From positions 360,001 to 392,000 of the forward strand of contig NC_008698.1 of NCBI RefSeq assembly GCF_000015225.1: 32,000 bases of DNA, read 5' to 3'. This document shows, piece by piece, positions 1 to 12,540 of this stretch; the stretch's first letter is position 1; every line of letters starts with the position of its first letter. Both the position numbers and the translations under genes were made by a program. The stretch is from Thermofilum pendens Hrk 5 (GTDB taxonomy: Archaea; Thermoproteota; Thermoprotei; Thermofilales; Thermofilaceae). A model generated the notes under the pieces. It saw nothing but the letters and a program-made list of their open reading frames with translations. It did not search any database and was not told where the DNA came from.

Positions 1-91
1 CCTGGAGAAAAAGCGAGCACGGTAGAAGACACCGGCTACTTCACCTTAAATAGCTTTTTAACGTAGGAGGTGCTACGTCCACGGGATCGTA

Positions 92-607
92 ATGGGGGAG
101 GGGAGGGAGGGATACGAGATCCTCTTGGACTGTTTCCTGAAGGCTTTACCCTCCGAGGTCGTAGCCGGAGCGGTGAAGAGGGGTAGCGTCGTCTACTTCA
201 GGGTGGTTCACGGAAAGGCTGTGCTCATGTCCAGGAAGATCGCCGTTGTCGGGCGCGTCCAGGGGGTTGTCCACGGCGATAAGTTTACAGACATTGTTCT
301 CGGAGACGGTAGCGGCACAGTGACTGTGAGGTTCTGGTCCGAGAAGAAAGGCTTGCTTGAAGATAAGGGGCTAGCGGAGGGTTCCACAGCGAAGGTGCTC
401 GGAGTACTGAGAGAAAGCAGGGAGGGCACCGTGTACGTAACTCCCATAGCTGTCCAATCCGTGCCCGACGGTTACCTTGAAGAGTTCACCGCGAGGATAA
501 GAGAGGACCGAGACTTCCTCGCCACGTTCATTGAAAAACAACGAAGCACGGTAGACGCGGAAGAGGCAACGCCTCCGATAGGACGCGACTTCTCAGAAAA
601 ACGTTAA
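92..607 (+). CDS. OB-fold nucleic-acid-binding protein (RPA2/Stn1-like OB), function unknown
   Basis: 171-aa ORF. A TATA-like CCTTAAATAGC lies at 44-54. The segment KIAVVGRVQGVVHGDKFTDIVLGDGSGTVTVRFWSEKK has the strand/Gly pattern typical of RPA2/Stn1-type OB folds. No other domain was recognised by eye. Confidence 0.5.
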   Translation: MGEGREGYEILLDCFLKALPSEVVAGAVKRGSVVYFRVVHGKAVLMSRKIAVVGRVQGVVHGDKFTDIVLGDGSGTVTVRFWSEKKGLLEDKGLAEGSTAKVLGVLRESREGTVYVTPIAVQSVPDGYLEEFTARIREDRDFLATFIEKQRSTVDAEEATPPIGRDFSEKR

Positions 608-725
608 AGTAACGGCGCATAGATGGGAAGCAGGAAAACGGCGGAGATTTCTCAGAATGTTTCCCTAGTCTTTGCACGCGGGAAAAGCTTTTAAGCATGC
701 CTTTTTACTTCCTTCTAGAGGCTCA

Positions 726-820
726 GCGGCCGTAGTCTAGCCTGGTAGGATGGCGGCCTCCCAAGCCGCAGAGCCTTAAAGGCGCGGAAAACCCGGGTTC
801 AAATCCCGGCGGCCGCACCA
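726..820 (+). tRNA. tRNA-Gly (anticodon CCC) with an ~18-nt insertion (putative intron) between anticodon arm and T-arm; CCA encoded
   Basis: Cloverleaf read directly. Acceptor GCGGCCG (726-732) pairs with CGGCCGC (810-816). Anticodon arm is GCGGC-CTCCCAA-GCCGC and T-arm is CCGGG-TTCAAAT-CCCGG. Discriminator A is followed by CCA (818-820). There are 23 nt where a 4-5 nt variable loop is expected. Confidence 0.8.
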
Positions 821-922
821 CTTCCCATCTTCTTAGAAGAAGGCTACTCGTGCATAGTTCTCTCGCGTGCGGTTCGCTAACTTTTTATATGTGTAAGGGT
901 CGGCGCTTATCGGTGTTCCGAG

Positions 923-1243
923 ATGAGTTTAAGCGGTGTTGAAAAGTTCCTGCTCTCCTACGTCTACTACGAGTACGGCGGAAAACTGTACTTCCAGAGT
1001 CCGGGCGGCGATGCTGAAAGCTTCCTAGCAGAGTTCATCGCAGAAGAGTTCCTTCCGAGAAAGAACCCTAACTTCTCGAGGGTAGTCGAGGGCTTCGCTT
1101 CTGCTCTACGCGGACTCCGAGAAAAAGGCTACGTGGAGCTACGCGGATACGAGCTCATACTAACAGACTCCGGTAAAGCCGTAGCTACCCAGATAAGCCA
1201 AGAGGAATACCGAGACCTAAAGAAGCGTTTCTCAAAAGTATAG
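923..1243 (+). CDS. hypothetical small protein, possible winged-helix domain
   Basis: 106-aa ORF with TATA-like CTTTTTATAT about 30 nt upstream of the ATG. The C-terminal LRGLREKGYVELRGYELILTDSGKAVA resembles the recognition helix plus wing of MarR/PadR-like wHTH proteins. This is inference only. Confidence 0.45.
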   Translation: MSLSGVEKFLLSYVYYEYGGKLYFQSPGGDAESFLAEFIAEEFLPRKNPNFSRVVEGFASALRGLREKGYVELRGYELILTDSGKAVATQISQEEYRDLKKRFSKV

Positions 1244-1258
1244 CCCCCGAGCACGCGT

Positions 1259-1588
1259 TTATGCCTTGTAAATCACGTACTCCTCGAGCTCGGGGCTAAA
1301 CCTTCTCTTAAGGACACCTTTCCCGAGAAGATTCGTCAAAGCCCTGTAGAACTCTACGGGCTTCACTCCTCTCCCCGTAACCCGCTTGTAGAGCTCCGAC
1401 CTGGTGACCCCTCCGCTCGAACGCGTAACCTCTTCTACGATCATTCTCTCCACGTCCTCCGTGAAGAACGCTTGCACGCGCGGAGCCGCCCTCTCCTCGG
1501 ACTGAGGAGAGAGAAAAGACGTCAGATCGACCGCCGGGGGCTTTTCCTCCTCGCCTTTCTTCTTTCTACGAGATTTCTCAGCCATCAC
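1259..1588 (-). CDS. hypothetical small basic protein, possible winged-helix domain
   Basis: 109-aa ORF with a Lys/Glu-rich N-terminus (SRRKKKGEEEK). The C-terminal SELYKRVTGRGVKPVEFYRALTNLLGKGVLKRR is wHTH-like. No family was recognised. Confidence 0.45.
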   Translation of the reverse strand: MMAEKSRRKKKGEEEKPPAVDLTSFLSPQSEERAAPRVQAFFTEDVERMIVEEVTRSSGGVTRSELYKRVTGRGVKPVEFYRALTNLLGKGVLKRRFSPELEEYVIYKA

Positions 1589-1738
1589 GCTTCCACACTA
1601 ATCATTCTTCAACGCTTTTAAGGATTTTCACGTATTTCACAGAGCTTTTTCCACTTTAAAGCACGCGAACCTCAATAACCCCAAGCGTTGTTCCACGAGA
1701 GTCCCACCAAGGCTTTTGCCCGTTTAGAACTAATACCG

Positions 1739-1817
1739 TGGTGCCGGGGCCGGGATTCGAACCCGGGAAGACCGGATTATGAGTCCGGCGCCCTTGACCA
1801 GGCTAGGCGACCCCGGC
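1739..1817 (-). tRNA. tRNA-Met (CAT), elongator type; an agmatidine-modified tRNA-Ile2 cannot be excluded; CCA encoded
   Basis: The reverse complement folds as GCCGGGG / D-arm GCCT-AGCCTGGTCAA-GGGC / CCGGA-CTCATAA-TCCGG / TCTTC / CCGGG-TTCGAAT-CCCGG / CCCCGGC-A-CCA. A TATA-like AAAGGTTTATTA lies about 30 nt upstream on the minus strand (about 1846-1858). Confidence 0.9.
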
Positions 1818-1997
1818 TTCGTAACCCCTATGACCGGAATACTTCCTGGGTAATAAACCTTTAGCATCGCGTTCCCCGGCGGAAAGAGAAGAAAAAACTG
1901 TGTCTCGCAGTGTCAGCGGTTCGTCCACGCTAGTCACCGGCTACGGGGGTTCGCGTTGAGGAGTAGAAAGGCTCCCCGGGAAAAATACGTACGAGTA

Positions 1998-2906
1998 TCA
2001 GAAGGTGACCCTACCCCCGAAGATCGTCTTCGTAGCCTCGTCGAGGAATATCTCCACCCCTTTAACGCGCGGCAGACGCGTCAATACATCCCTCTCGGTG
2101 ACAATACCTCTAGGCTTCCCGTCGTGCGTCACAACGAGCGCGCCGATGCCGTGCTTCTTCATCAAGCTTACCGCCAAGCCCACGTCCACATCGTCTTCGA
2201 CTGCTAGCACGGGCTTCGAGGAGATGTACACGAGAGGCGTGTCGTAGACCGCGCTCCTCGACCCCTCCTTTAGCCTCGCCAGCACGTCCTCCCTCGACAC
2301 GTAGGAAAGGACATCCTTGATCGTAACTATCCCGCGTAACTCTTCACCACTGACCAGAGGGAGTCTGCGTATACGCCTCTCCGACATAACGCGCATCCCT
2401 TCGAAGAGAGAGTCCATGGGCGACAGGTAGACAACCTCGGAAGTCATGATCTCCTTGACCTTCACGTGGGTCTCAACGTTCGCTAGAAGGGAAATCACGT
2501 GCCTCTCCGAAACTATGCCAACAACGCGTAGATCCTCGTCAACCACCGCTAAAGCCCCTATACCGCGTTCAACCATCAACTCTATGACTTCCCTCAGATC
2601 CGAGCGAGTATAAACGTAAGGAGGATCGTACTTGAGAAACTCGACGCCCGTTTGCTCCAGCGCCTTGTAAACATCGCCGTTAAACCTAGCTTCGACAACG
2701 TCCCTGAATCTCCTCCCACCCAGGAAGTCCACCAGATCCCTCGCGGAAACCATCCCCTTCAACACCCCACGCTCGTCAACCAGCGGTACGTGCCGAACCC
2801 TGTTACGCCCCATGGCAACTAGAACGTCAAGAACCCTGGAAGAGCTGGGAACGACGGCGAGCGGTGGGAAACGCCCAACAGGTAGCTCACTGACTCTCAT
2901 AACCAC
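1998..2906 (-). CDS. CBS-domain protein (four tandem CBS motifs)
   Basis: 302-aa ORF with four repeats of the CBS pattern: HVPLVDERGVLKGMVSARDLVDFL, GIGALAVVDEDLRVVGIVSERHVISLL, IRRLPLVSGEELRGIVTIKDVLSYV and GIGALVVTHDGKPRGIVTERDVLTRL. Confidence 0.85.
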   Translation of the reverse strand: MVMRVSELPVGRFPPLAVVPSSSRVLDVLVAMGRNRVRHVPLVDERGVLKGMVSARDLVDFLGGRRFRDVVEARFNGDVYKALEQTGVEFLKYDPPYVYTRSDLREVIELMVERGIGALAVVDEDLRVVGIVSERHVISLLANVETHVKVKEIMTSEVVYLSPMDSLFEGMRVMSERRIRRLPLVSGEELRGIVTIKDVLSYVSREDVLARLKEGSRSAVYDTPLVYISSKPVLAVEDDVDVGLAVSLMKKHGIGALVVTHDGKPRGIVTERDVLTRLPRVKGVEIFLDEATKTIFGGRVTF

Positions 2907-2954
2907 CTCTATACTCCTCGAACGAGGTTAAAATATTTGTCGAATGCCGATACA

Positions 2955-2971
2955 GCAAAAGTCGAAAAATT
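2955..2971 (-). terminator. T-rich tract downstream of the rRNA operon
   Basis: The minus strand reads CAATTTTTCGACTTTTGC immediately after the 23S processing stem. Archaeal termination commonly uses oligo-T tracts. Confidence 0.4.
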
Positions 2972-3016
2972 GAGCGCCGCACAGAGAGATTTGTGCCCGA
3001 GTCCACGCCGGTAGAC
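2972..3016 (-). other. 3' half of the 23S rRNA processing stem (pairs with 6079-6123)
   Basis: 2972-2988 is the exact reverse complement of 6107-6123, and 2997-3016 is the exact reverse complement of 6079-6098. An unpaired interruption (2989-2996 / 6099-6106) sits where a bulge-helix-bulge site is expected. Confidence 0.85.
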
Positions 3017-6078
<3,062 letters not shown>

Positions 6079-6123
6079 GTCTACCGGCGTGGACTCGGTC
6101 TGCACACTCTCTGTGCGGCGCTC
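6079..6123 (-). other. 5' half of the 23S rRNA processing stem (pairs with 2972-3016)
   Basis: Exact complementarity as described for 2972-3016. Confidence 0.85.
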
Positions 6124-6208
6124 ATCGATCCCCACCGGTTCCCCGGTAGGGATTCACGCCCTTCACCCGGAAACGCGCTGGTTTCCGGGTTGCATCTAAT
6201 TAGCGCGA

Positions 6209-6229
6209 GAAGTGAGGCGCGGTGCGCTC
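6209..6229 (-). other. 3' half of the 16S rRNA processing stem (pairs with 7776-7796)
   Basis: GAAGTGAGGCGCGGTGCGCTC (6209-6229) is the exact reverse complement of 7776-7796. Confidence 0.85.
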
Positions 6230-6244
6230 CTCGACCGGATCGAA

Positions 6245-7745
<1,501 letters not shown>

Positions 7746-7775
7746 CTGGCCGCACGGCGGAGGAGTATACACAGT

Positions 7776-7796
7776 GAGCGCACCGCGCCTCACTTC
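7776..7796 (-). other. 5' half of the 16S rRNA processing stem (pairs with 6209-6229)
   Basis: Exact 21-nt complementarity across the 16S gene. Confidence 0.85.
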
Positions 7797-7949
7797 CTTA
7801 TCCCCGAGAGTTCCGGGCTGGCGCCCGGTTTTCTCGGGGACGCACTGTGTTGCCATGGGCGGAGGCCGCCTTTTCACTGGGAGGGGTTGCCCCTCCCCTT
7901 ATCTAGGCGAGCCGCCGGTGCCCATGGCGGCAATCTAGTTAGTAAACGG

Positions 7950-7980
7950 GGGGTTATATGAATATTATGCTTGTAAAAGT
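7950..7980 (-). promoter_or_regulatory. candidate rRNA operon promoter (A/T-rich TATA-like block)
   Basis: The minus strand reads TTTTACAAGCATAATATTCATATAA. This is the only A/T-rich block upstream of the ~200-nt 5' leader. The exact TATA box and TSS were not determined. Confidence 0.35.
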
Positions 7981-7981
7981 C

Positions 7982-8566
7982 CTATCTGGGTCTCGCGTAG
8001 TTTTCTACGTAAAACTTTGCAGCAGCGCGGGGGTCTACGCTTTTTTCAAGTATTGACAGCAAATTGCTTGAAGCTATGCATTGCGGCCTCAAGGAGGACG
8101 GTCCCGCAACTCTCCTTATTTCTTCGAGCGTAGTGGTTGCCAGGGGGTAGGCCGTCCTGTTGGAGGCTTCGAGTGATAACCCTGCGAGGTTACCTCTCAG
8201 CACTTCTTCCAGGAAGTACGCGGCTACCTCTTCGGCTACCATGGGGAGAACGACTACTTGGCCCGGTTTCGCGAGTCTCGCAACGAGAACCTTTAACTCT
8301 GTGTACGTTGAAGGAGCCCTCTCCGCGAAAGTTTCCGAGCCGACGGTTTTCCGCGCCAGGAGGCCTATCTCCCCGGGTAGCTCTGCGCCCACGTGAAGGT
8401 GGCGAATAACGACGGGGAACTCTTCCTCGACGCTTAAGAGCAACTCGAGCGCTACCTTCGATTGAAGGTTTGGAAGGGTGACTGCCAGTATCTCGTCTTC
8501 CCTGTTCAACCCAGCGAGCCTAAGGTTCCTCAGGAACCTTTTCCTCAACGTAGCCTTGTCAACCAC
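7982..8566 (-). CDS. hypothetical protein, possibly a degenerate PP-loop (adenine nucleotide alpha-hydrolase-like) fold
   Basis: 194-aa ORF. Its layout resembles TilS/PP-loop ATPases: an N-terminal helix, then EILAVTLPNLQSKVALELL where SGGxDS is expected, and later VVVLPMVAEEVAAYFLEEVLRGN. The SGGxDS signature itself is absent. This is inference only. Confidence 0.4.
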   Translation of the reverse strand: MVDKATLRKRFLRNLRLAGLNREDEILAVTLPNLQSKVALELLLSVEEEFPVVIRHLHVGAELPGEIGLLARKTVGSETFAERAPSTYTELKVLVARLAKPGQVVVLPMVAEEVAAYFLEEVLRGNLAGLSLEASNRTAYPLATTTLEEIRRVAGPSSLRPQCIASSNLLSILEKSVDPRAAAKFYVENYARPR

Positions 8567-8754
8567 GCCTACCGACCTGCTTACCCCGAAAAGCGTTCAC
8601 CTCTGTCCTCCCATGCATACTTCTTAAGGTTTACGGAAAGAGGGGGCCGGGCGCCTTTCCCTGTTGGTTTTACCCTTTTATTCTTGTGCCCCCAGCTCGC
8701 GCGTGACGAAAGGGTAAAGATTCACGTGTGTTGTAGATCTAGCAGGGGGTTGAG

Positions 8755-9135
8755 TTGCCGAAGACTGCGCTGTACGTCCTCAGCGGCGTAAGCGTGGACG
8801 ACCTGCGGAGTAGCATAGCACGCCTTAACGCTACGACCAGGAACTTCTCCCTAGAAAGCGTTTCCGGAGGCGAGTGGGTAACCGCCCGGCTTACTACGGC
8901 TCCACTCCGCGATAACTGCTACTCTATCAGAATACGTTTAAGCAAGAAGAGGGGGTGGCTTTGGGGCGAGGAGTTCGTCGCGTGCATCGAGGAATACGGG
9001 GAAAGCGTCAGGCTCACCGTTCGAAGGGTTAAGGGCGTTGGTCGCGTGGGGTCTGACCTTATCGGCGCCTGGATAATCGAAGACACATCCAGGGAACTCC
9101 CCTGGCTAGAGGTCCGACACGCCGAGCTCTTCTAG
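8755..9135 (+). CDS. hypothetical protein
   Basis: 126-aa ORF starting at TTG, preceded by GGGGGT. No recognisable motif. Coding status rests only on ORF length and the lack of a competing feature. Confidence 0.4.
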   Translation: MPKTALYVLSGVSVDDLRSSIARLNATTRNFSLESVSGGEWVTARLTTAPLRDNCYSIRIRLSKKRGWLWGEEFVACIEEYGESVRLTVRRVKGVGRVGSDLIGAWIIEDTSRELPWLEVRHAELF

Positions 9136-9206
9136 GTCGTTGCCTGCACGCCCTTCACCGCGACTCCTTCTATCCCCGGGCTCGCGCAAGGCGCTCCGCA
9201 AGAGTC

Positions 9207-10559
9207 TTAGTGTTCGGTGAAGGGTATCCGCGCCTTCTCGAAGAGGCTTTTGTCCTTCGAGAGTGGTCGGGTAGCGTCTATCCCAAGCTTAGACGTCTGA
9301 AGAGTTACCTGGTCGGCGGAGGGGTCAAGGCTACTACCCCTGGCTCCCTTTATGATCACGATGTCTTCGTCTGGTTGCATGCGTGTTGCAAGCGCCCATT
9401 CAACGTCTAGGGGGTCGTCGGGGTCTACGTCGGCATCAACGACTACGACCGTTTTAAGCGAGGGGTGAGCGGCGAAAGCGGCCAGTATAACATTCTTGGG
9501 GTCGCCTTCCGTGGTTTTCTCCATAGATATCACCGCGTGAAGCCACCCCCCTCCCCCAGGCGTTAGCCTAACCTTCCTTACACCCGTAGCCGTTCTCGAC
9601 GCAACGCTCCATATCGCGGCCTCCCTTGGAAAGCCCATCAACAGTATGTGTTCGAGGCCCGAGGGCAGGATCGAGTAGAAGAGCGGGTCCTGGCGCGTAA
9701 GGATCGACTCCACGCGGAAAACCGGCTCCTCCCTGACGATGTCGTAGGTTCCCAGGATGTCCACGAAGGGGCCCTCCTTGGCCCTCCTCCCGGCTATGAA
9801 CTCCCCTAGAAGAACCACCTCCACCGGTAGCGGTAGAACAACTCCGTCGAGCAGCGAGTCCGTACCCGTAAGCCTGCCCCCCGCCAGCGCGTTAGCCACC
9901 TCCACCTCGTACACGCCGAAGGGTGGGCTCGACGCCGCGCAGAGGTAGACCAGCGGGGGCGCGCCTATCAGTATGGCGGCGGGGAGGTTCCTCCCAGCTT
10001 TCTCCGCGTTCCTGTGTATCTGGTACAGGTGCCTCGGTACAAGCCTCACGGCGAGGCTCTCCTCGTCAAGGATCATCGCTCTGTGAATGCTCGCGTTGAC
10101 AGCGCCCGTAAGAGGATCCTTCGCGATGAATACCCCCGCGGTTATGTACCTACCTCCGTCGCGCTCAAAAAACTTGGGAACAGGCAGTCTGAAGAGGTCC
10201 ACAGCCACCTCCTTTAAACCAGTGCTACTCTCTATCCTTGAGAGGGGCTGGGGGTTCTCCATAGCCCTTAGGAACTTGGCGTAGACCTCCGAGTCGCTTT
10301 TCCCCCCTACAACCTCGTATACCGTTTCGCGTCTTGCAAGAACGTTGGAGATCAGCCTTCCATAACGCGTATTCATCAGCACGGGATCGGGCTGGTACTT
10401 TTTCATGTAGTAAGCCGCTTCAAACTCCAACTCCACCATTTTCTGAAGCTGCTTCAACCTCCCCAGCTTCTGGTGGTATCCGACTAGTTCCCGGAAATCC
10501 AGCCCGAGCGCTGGCACAACCTCCGATGCTCCAGGCTCCACGAATACGGTAAACCGCAC
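9207..10559 (-). CDS. UbiD-family (prFMN-dependent) decarboxylase
   Basis: 450-aa ORF. RYITAGVFIAKDPLTGAVNASIHRAMILDEESLAVRLVPRHLYQIHR and the overall length match the UbiD family. The start is uncertain: GTG at 10559, or an in-frame GTG at 10541 given that a TATA-like CTTTTTAAG abuts 10561-10572. Confidence 0.85.
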   Translation of the reverse strand: MRFTVFVEPGASEVVPALGLDFRELVGYHQKLGRLKQLQKMVELEFEAAYYMKKYQPDPVLMNTRYGRLISNVLARRETVYEVVGGKSDSEVYAKFLRAMENPQPLSRIESSTGLKEVAVDLFRLPVPKFFERDGGRYITAGVFIAKDPLTGAVNASIHRAMILDEESLAVRLVPRHLYQIHRNAEKAGRNLPAAILIGAPPLVYLCAASSPPFGVYEVEVANALAGGRLTGTDSLLDGVVLPLPVEVVLLGEFIAGRRAKEGPFVDILGTYDIVREEPVFRVESILTRQDPLFYSILPSGLEHILLMGFPREAAIWSVASRTATGVRKVRLTPGGGGWLHAVISMEKTTEGDPKNVILAAFAAHPSLKTVVVVDADVDPDDPLDVEWALATRMQPDEDIVIIKGARGSSLDPSADQVTLQTSKLGIDATRPLSKDKSLFEKARIPFTEH

Positions 10560-10640
10560 ATGCTTAAAAAGTTAGAGCACAAAAGGAAAGAGCCGGGGAG
10601 CCCGTTCCCCTTCCAACCCTCGTGTTTATGCAACGTTGCG

Positions 10641-11114
10641 TTACGCTTCTCCTCCACGCTTTATGACCTTGATATCGTCGGCGTTGATTGTGACCGGTAG
10701 CACGAAGACCGCCTCCGCGAGCTCTACCTTCACCTCGTTCCTGGACTTGTCTATACCGACTATCCTGCCGCGCATACCGGTAAACGGTCCTCGAATGATC
10801 TCGACGAAGTCTCCTACGTTTAACTGGTCTACGAGAGGCTTAGGCTTCAGCAAACCCTCCATCTCCTGCAGGCTAACAGCACCCCTTACAACTCCTCTGA
10901 CATGCTTAAGCCCGTAGGCTAGCCTCTGAGCCTCGTAGAGAGCATCGCTCTCTACGAAGACCATGCCCTTCAAGCCCGGTACCACGAGGATCGAGTAAAC
11001 CTTGTACTTCCCGCTGGCAGCCCTTCTGTAGAGCAGTTGCGCCACGTTGTACTCCTGGCCGGACGTGACCCTTAGGGCGTAGAATCTAAGAGGAGAGGGG
11101 GGTTTCTCAGCCAA
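10641..11114 (-). CDS. spt5: transcription elongation factor Spt5 (NusG homologue)
   Basis: 157 aa with an NGN-like N-terminus (FYALRVTSGQEYNVAQLL) and a KOW motif (GDFVEIIRGPFTGMRGRIVGIDKSRNEVKVEL). It lies directly downstream of secE, as in the conserved archaeal secE-spt5 pair. Confidence 0.9.
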   Translation of the reverse strand: MAEKPPSPLRFYALRVTSGQEYNVAQLLYRRAASGKYKVYSILVVPGLKGMVFVESDALYEAQRLAYGLKHVRGVVRGAVSLQEMEGLLKPKPLVDQLNVGDFVEIIRGPFTGMRGRIVGIDKSRNEVKVELAEAVFVLPVTINADDIKVIKRGGEA

Positions 11115-11127
11115 GCGTTCTTCACCC

Positions 11128-11397
11128 TTACAACTTCTCCCTGCTTCGCAGGTAGAGGGCTAGTGCCAGCGTGGCTGCAATGACTATTATCCCTCCGAAG
11201 AGCGTGTACTCCTTCGGGAGAGCTCCTATCCTCGCGAACTCCAGGAAGGATCCAAGCAACTGGAAGAAGAAGCCCACCGTTCCGAGTAGCCCGAGCCCTA
11301 GCAGAACCACGCGTAGCATCAGCTTGTACTCCTCGATTGTAGGTTTATCGACCATTCTCAACAGCCTAGCGATCGTGCTGAGAGTTTCGCCGCCCAT
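11128..11397 (-). CDS. secE: protein translocase subunit SecE/Sec61-gamma, with an extra C-terminal hydrophobic helix
   Basis: DKPTIEEYKLMLRVVLLGLGLLGTVGFFFQLL matches the SecE KP..E(Y/F) plus TM signature. The gene sits immediately upstream of spt5. A second TM-like segment is LFGGIIVIAATLALALYL. Confidence 0.75.
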   Translation of the reverse strand: MGGETLSTIARLLRMVDKPTIEEYKLMLRVVLLGLGLLGTVGFFFQLLGSFLEFARIGALPKEYTLFGGIIVIAATLALALYLRSREKL

Positions 11398-11467
11398 GCT
11401 ACCTCAACCCTCTAAGTTCAAGCTCCTATAAAAAGCTCGCGACTATAAAAGCGCAAGAAAAGCGCGC

Positions 11468-12439
11468 TTATCTTATGTCGGGCTGTAGGGGTTCTTCTCG
11501 CATATACTTACGCCACTCGGGTACTAGTAGATGAAGGAGCACGGACTTAGAGGTGTGTAGCCTGTTCTCCGCCTGGTCGAACACGACGCTCTGCGGGCTT
11601 TCAATTACGTCGTCCGTGACCTCCTCGCCCCGGTGAGCCGGCAGGCAGTGCATGAAGATGAAGTCCTCCCTTCCAACGCTCCTGAGTAGCTGAGAGTTTA
11701 CCTGGTACTTCGGGAGGAACACCTTCAACCTGTATTCGCGCTCCTTCTCCTGCCCCATGCTAACGAAGACATCAGTGTATACGACGTCCGCGTCCCTCAC
11801 AGCCTCCTCGGGGTCCTCGTACACCTCTATCCTGGACAGCACGTCTCTTCCCAGTAGCTCCTCGCTGGGCATGTACTCTCTGGGCGCCGCCACCCTTATC
11901 CTCACGCCGAGCTTGACGCCAGCGATTGCCAGCGAGTTGAAAACGTTGTCCGTTCCATCCCCGATGAACGCAAGCGTTACCCCGCTAAGCCTCCCCTTCT
12001 TCTCGAAAATCGTCATGTAGTCGGCGAGCGCCTGTAGAGGGTGGTACTTGTCGCTAAGCAAGTTCACCACCGGGACGCCGGAGTAGCGGGCGAGCTCCTC
12101 CAGGTCTTCGTGCCTGTACACACGCGCCGCTATCAGGTCGTGGTACCTCGCGAGCACCCTAGCCACGTCCTTTACGGGCTCTCCCCTCGCTAGCTGAAGC
12201 TCGCTCGAAGAGTAGCTTACAGGGAACGCTCCAAGCTCGTACGCCGCTACGGTGAACGAAGCCCTGGTACGCGTAGACGGCTTCTCGAAAATCATCGCCA
12301 CGCTTCTACCGTTCAACAGGTTGAGCCTCTTCAGACCCAGCTTCCTCAGCTTCTTGAGCAAAACGGCGTCACGGATAAGGGATTCTATCTCGTCAGCCGC
12401 GTAGTCCCGAAGCGTCAACAGGTGGAGCACACCGCTCAT
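11468..12439 (-). CDS. argF: ornithine carbamoyltransferase
   Basis: Motifs seen: FEKPSTRTRASF, HPLQALAD, DVFVSMGQE and HCLPAHRGEEV. The last is the OTCase-type HCLP rather than the ATCase-type HPLPR. The ATG at 12439 is preferred over the TTG at 12448 used by the ORF track. Confidence 0.9.
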   Translation of the reverse strand: MSGVLHLLTLRDYAADEIESLIRDAVLLKKLRKLGLKRLNLLNGRSVAMIFEKPSTRTRASFTVAAYELGAFPVSYSSSELQLARGEPVKDVARVLARYHDLIAARVYRHEDLEELARYSGVPVVNLLSDKYHPLQALADYMTIFEKKGRLSGVTLAFIGDGTDNVFNSLAIAGVKLGVRIRVAAPREYMPSEELLGRDVLSRIEVYEDPEEAVRDADVVYTDVFVSMGQEKEREYRLKVFLPKYQVNSQLLRSVGREDFIFMHCLPAHRGEEVTDDVIESPQSVVFDQAENRLHTSKSVLLHLLVPEWRKYMREEPLQPDIR

Positions 12440-12540
12440 GCCGACCAAGCATCTTTACGCACGCACCCTTTAAACTTTTTACAACTCCTTGCGAGGAAAT
12501 CTATAATATCGGGCCCGAAGACCGAAAACCCTGACCAGGC

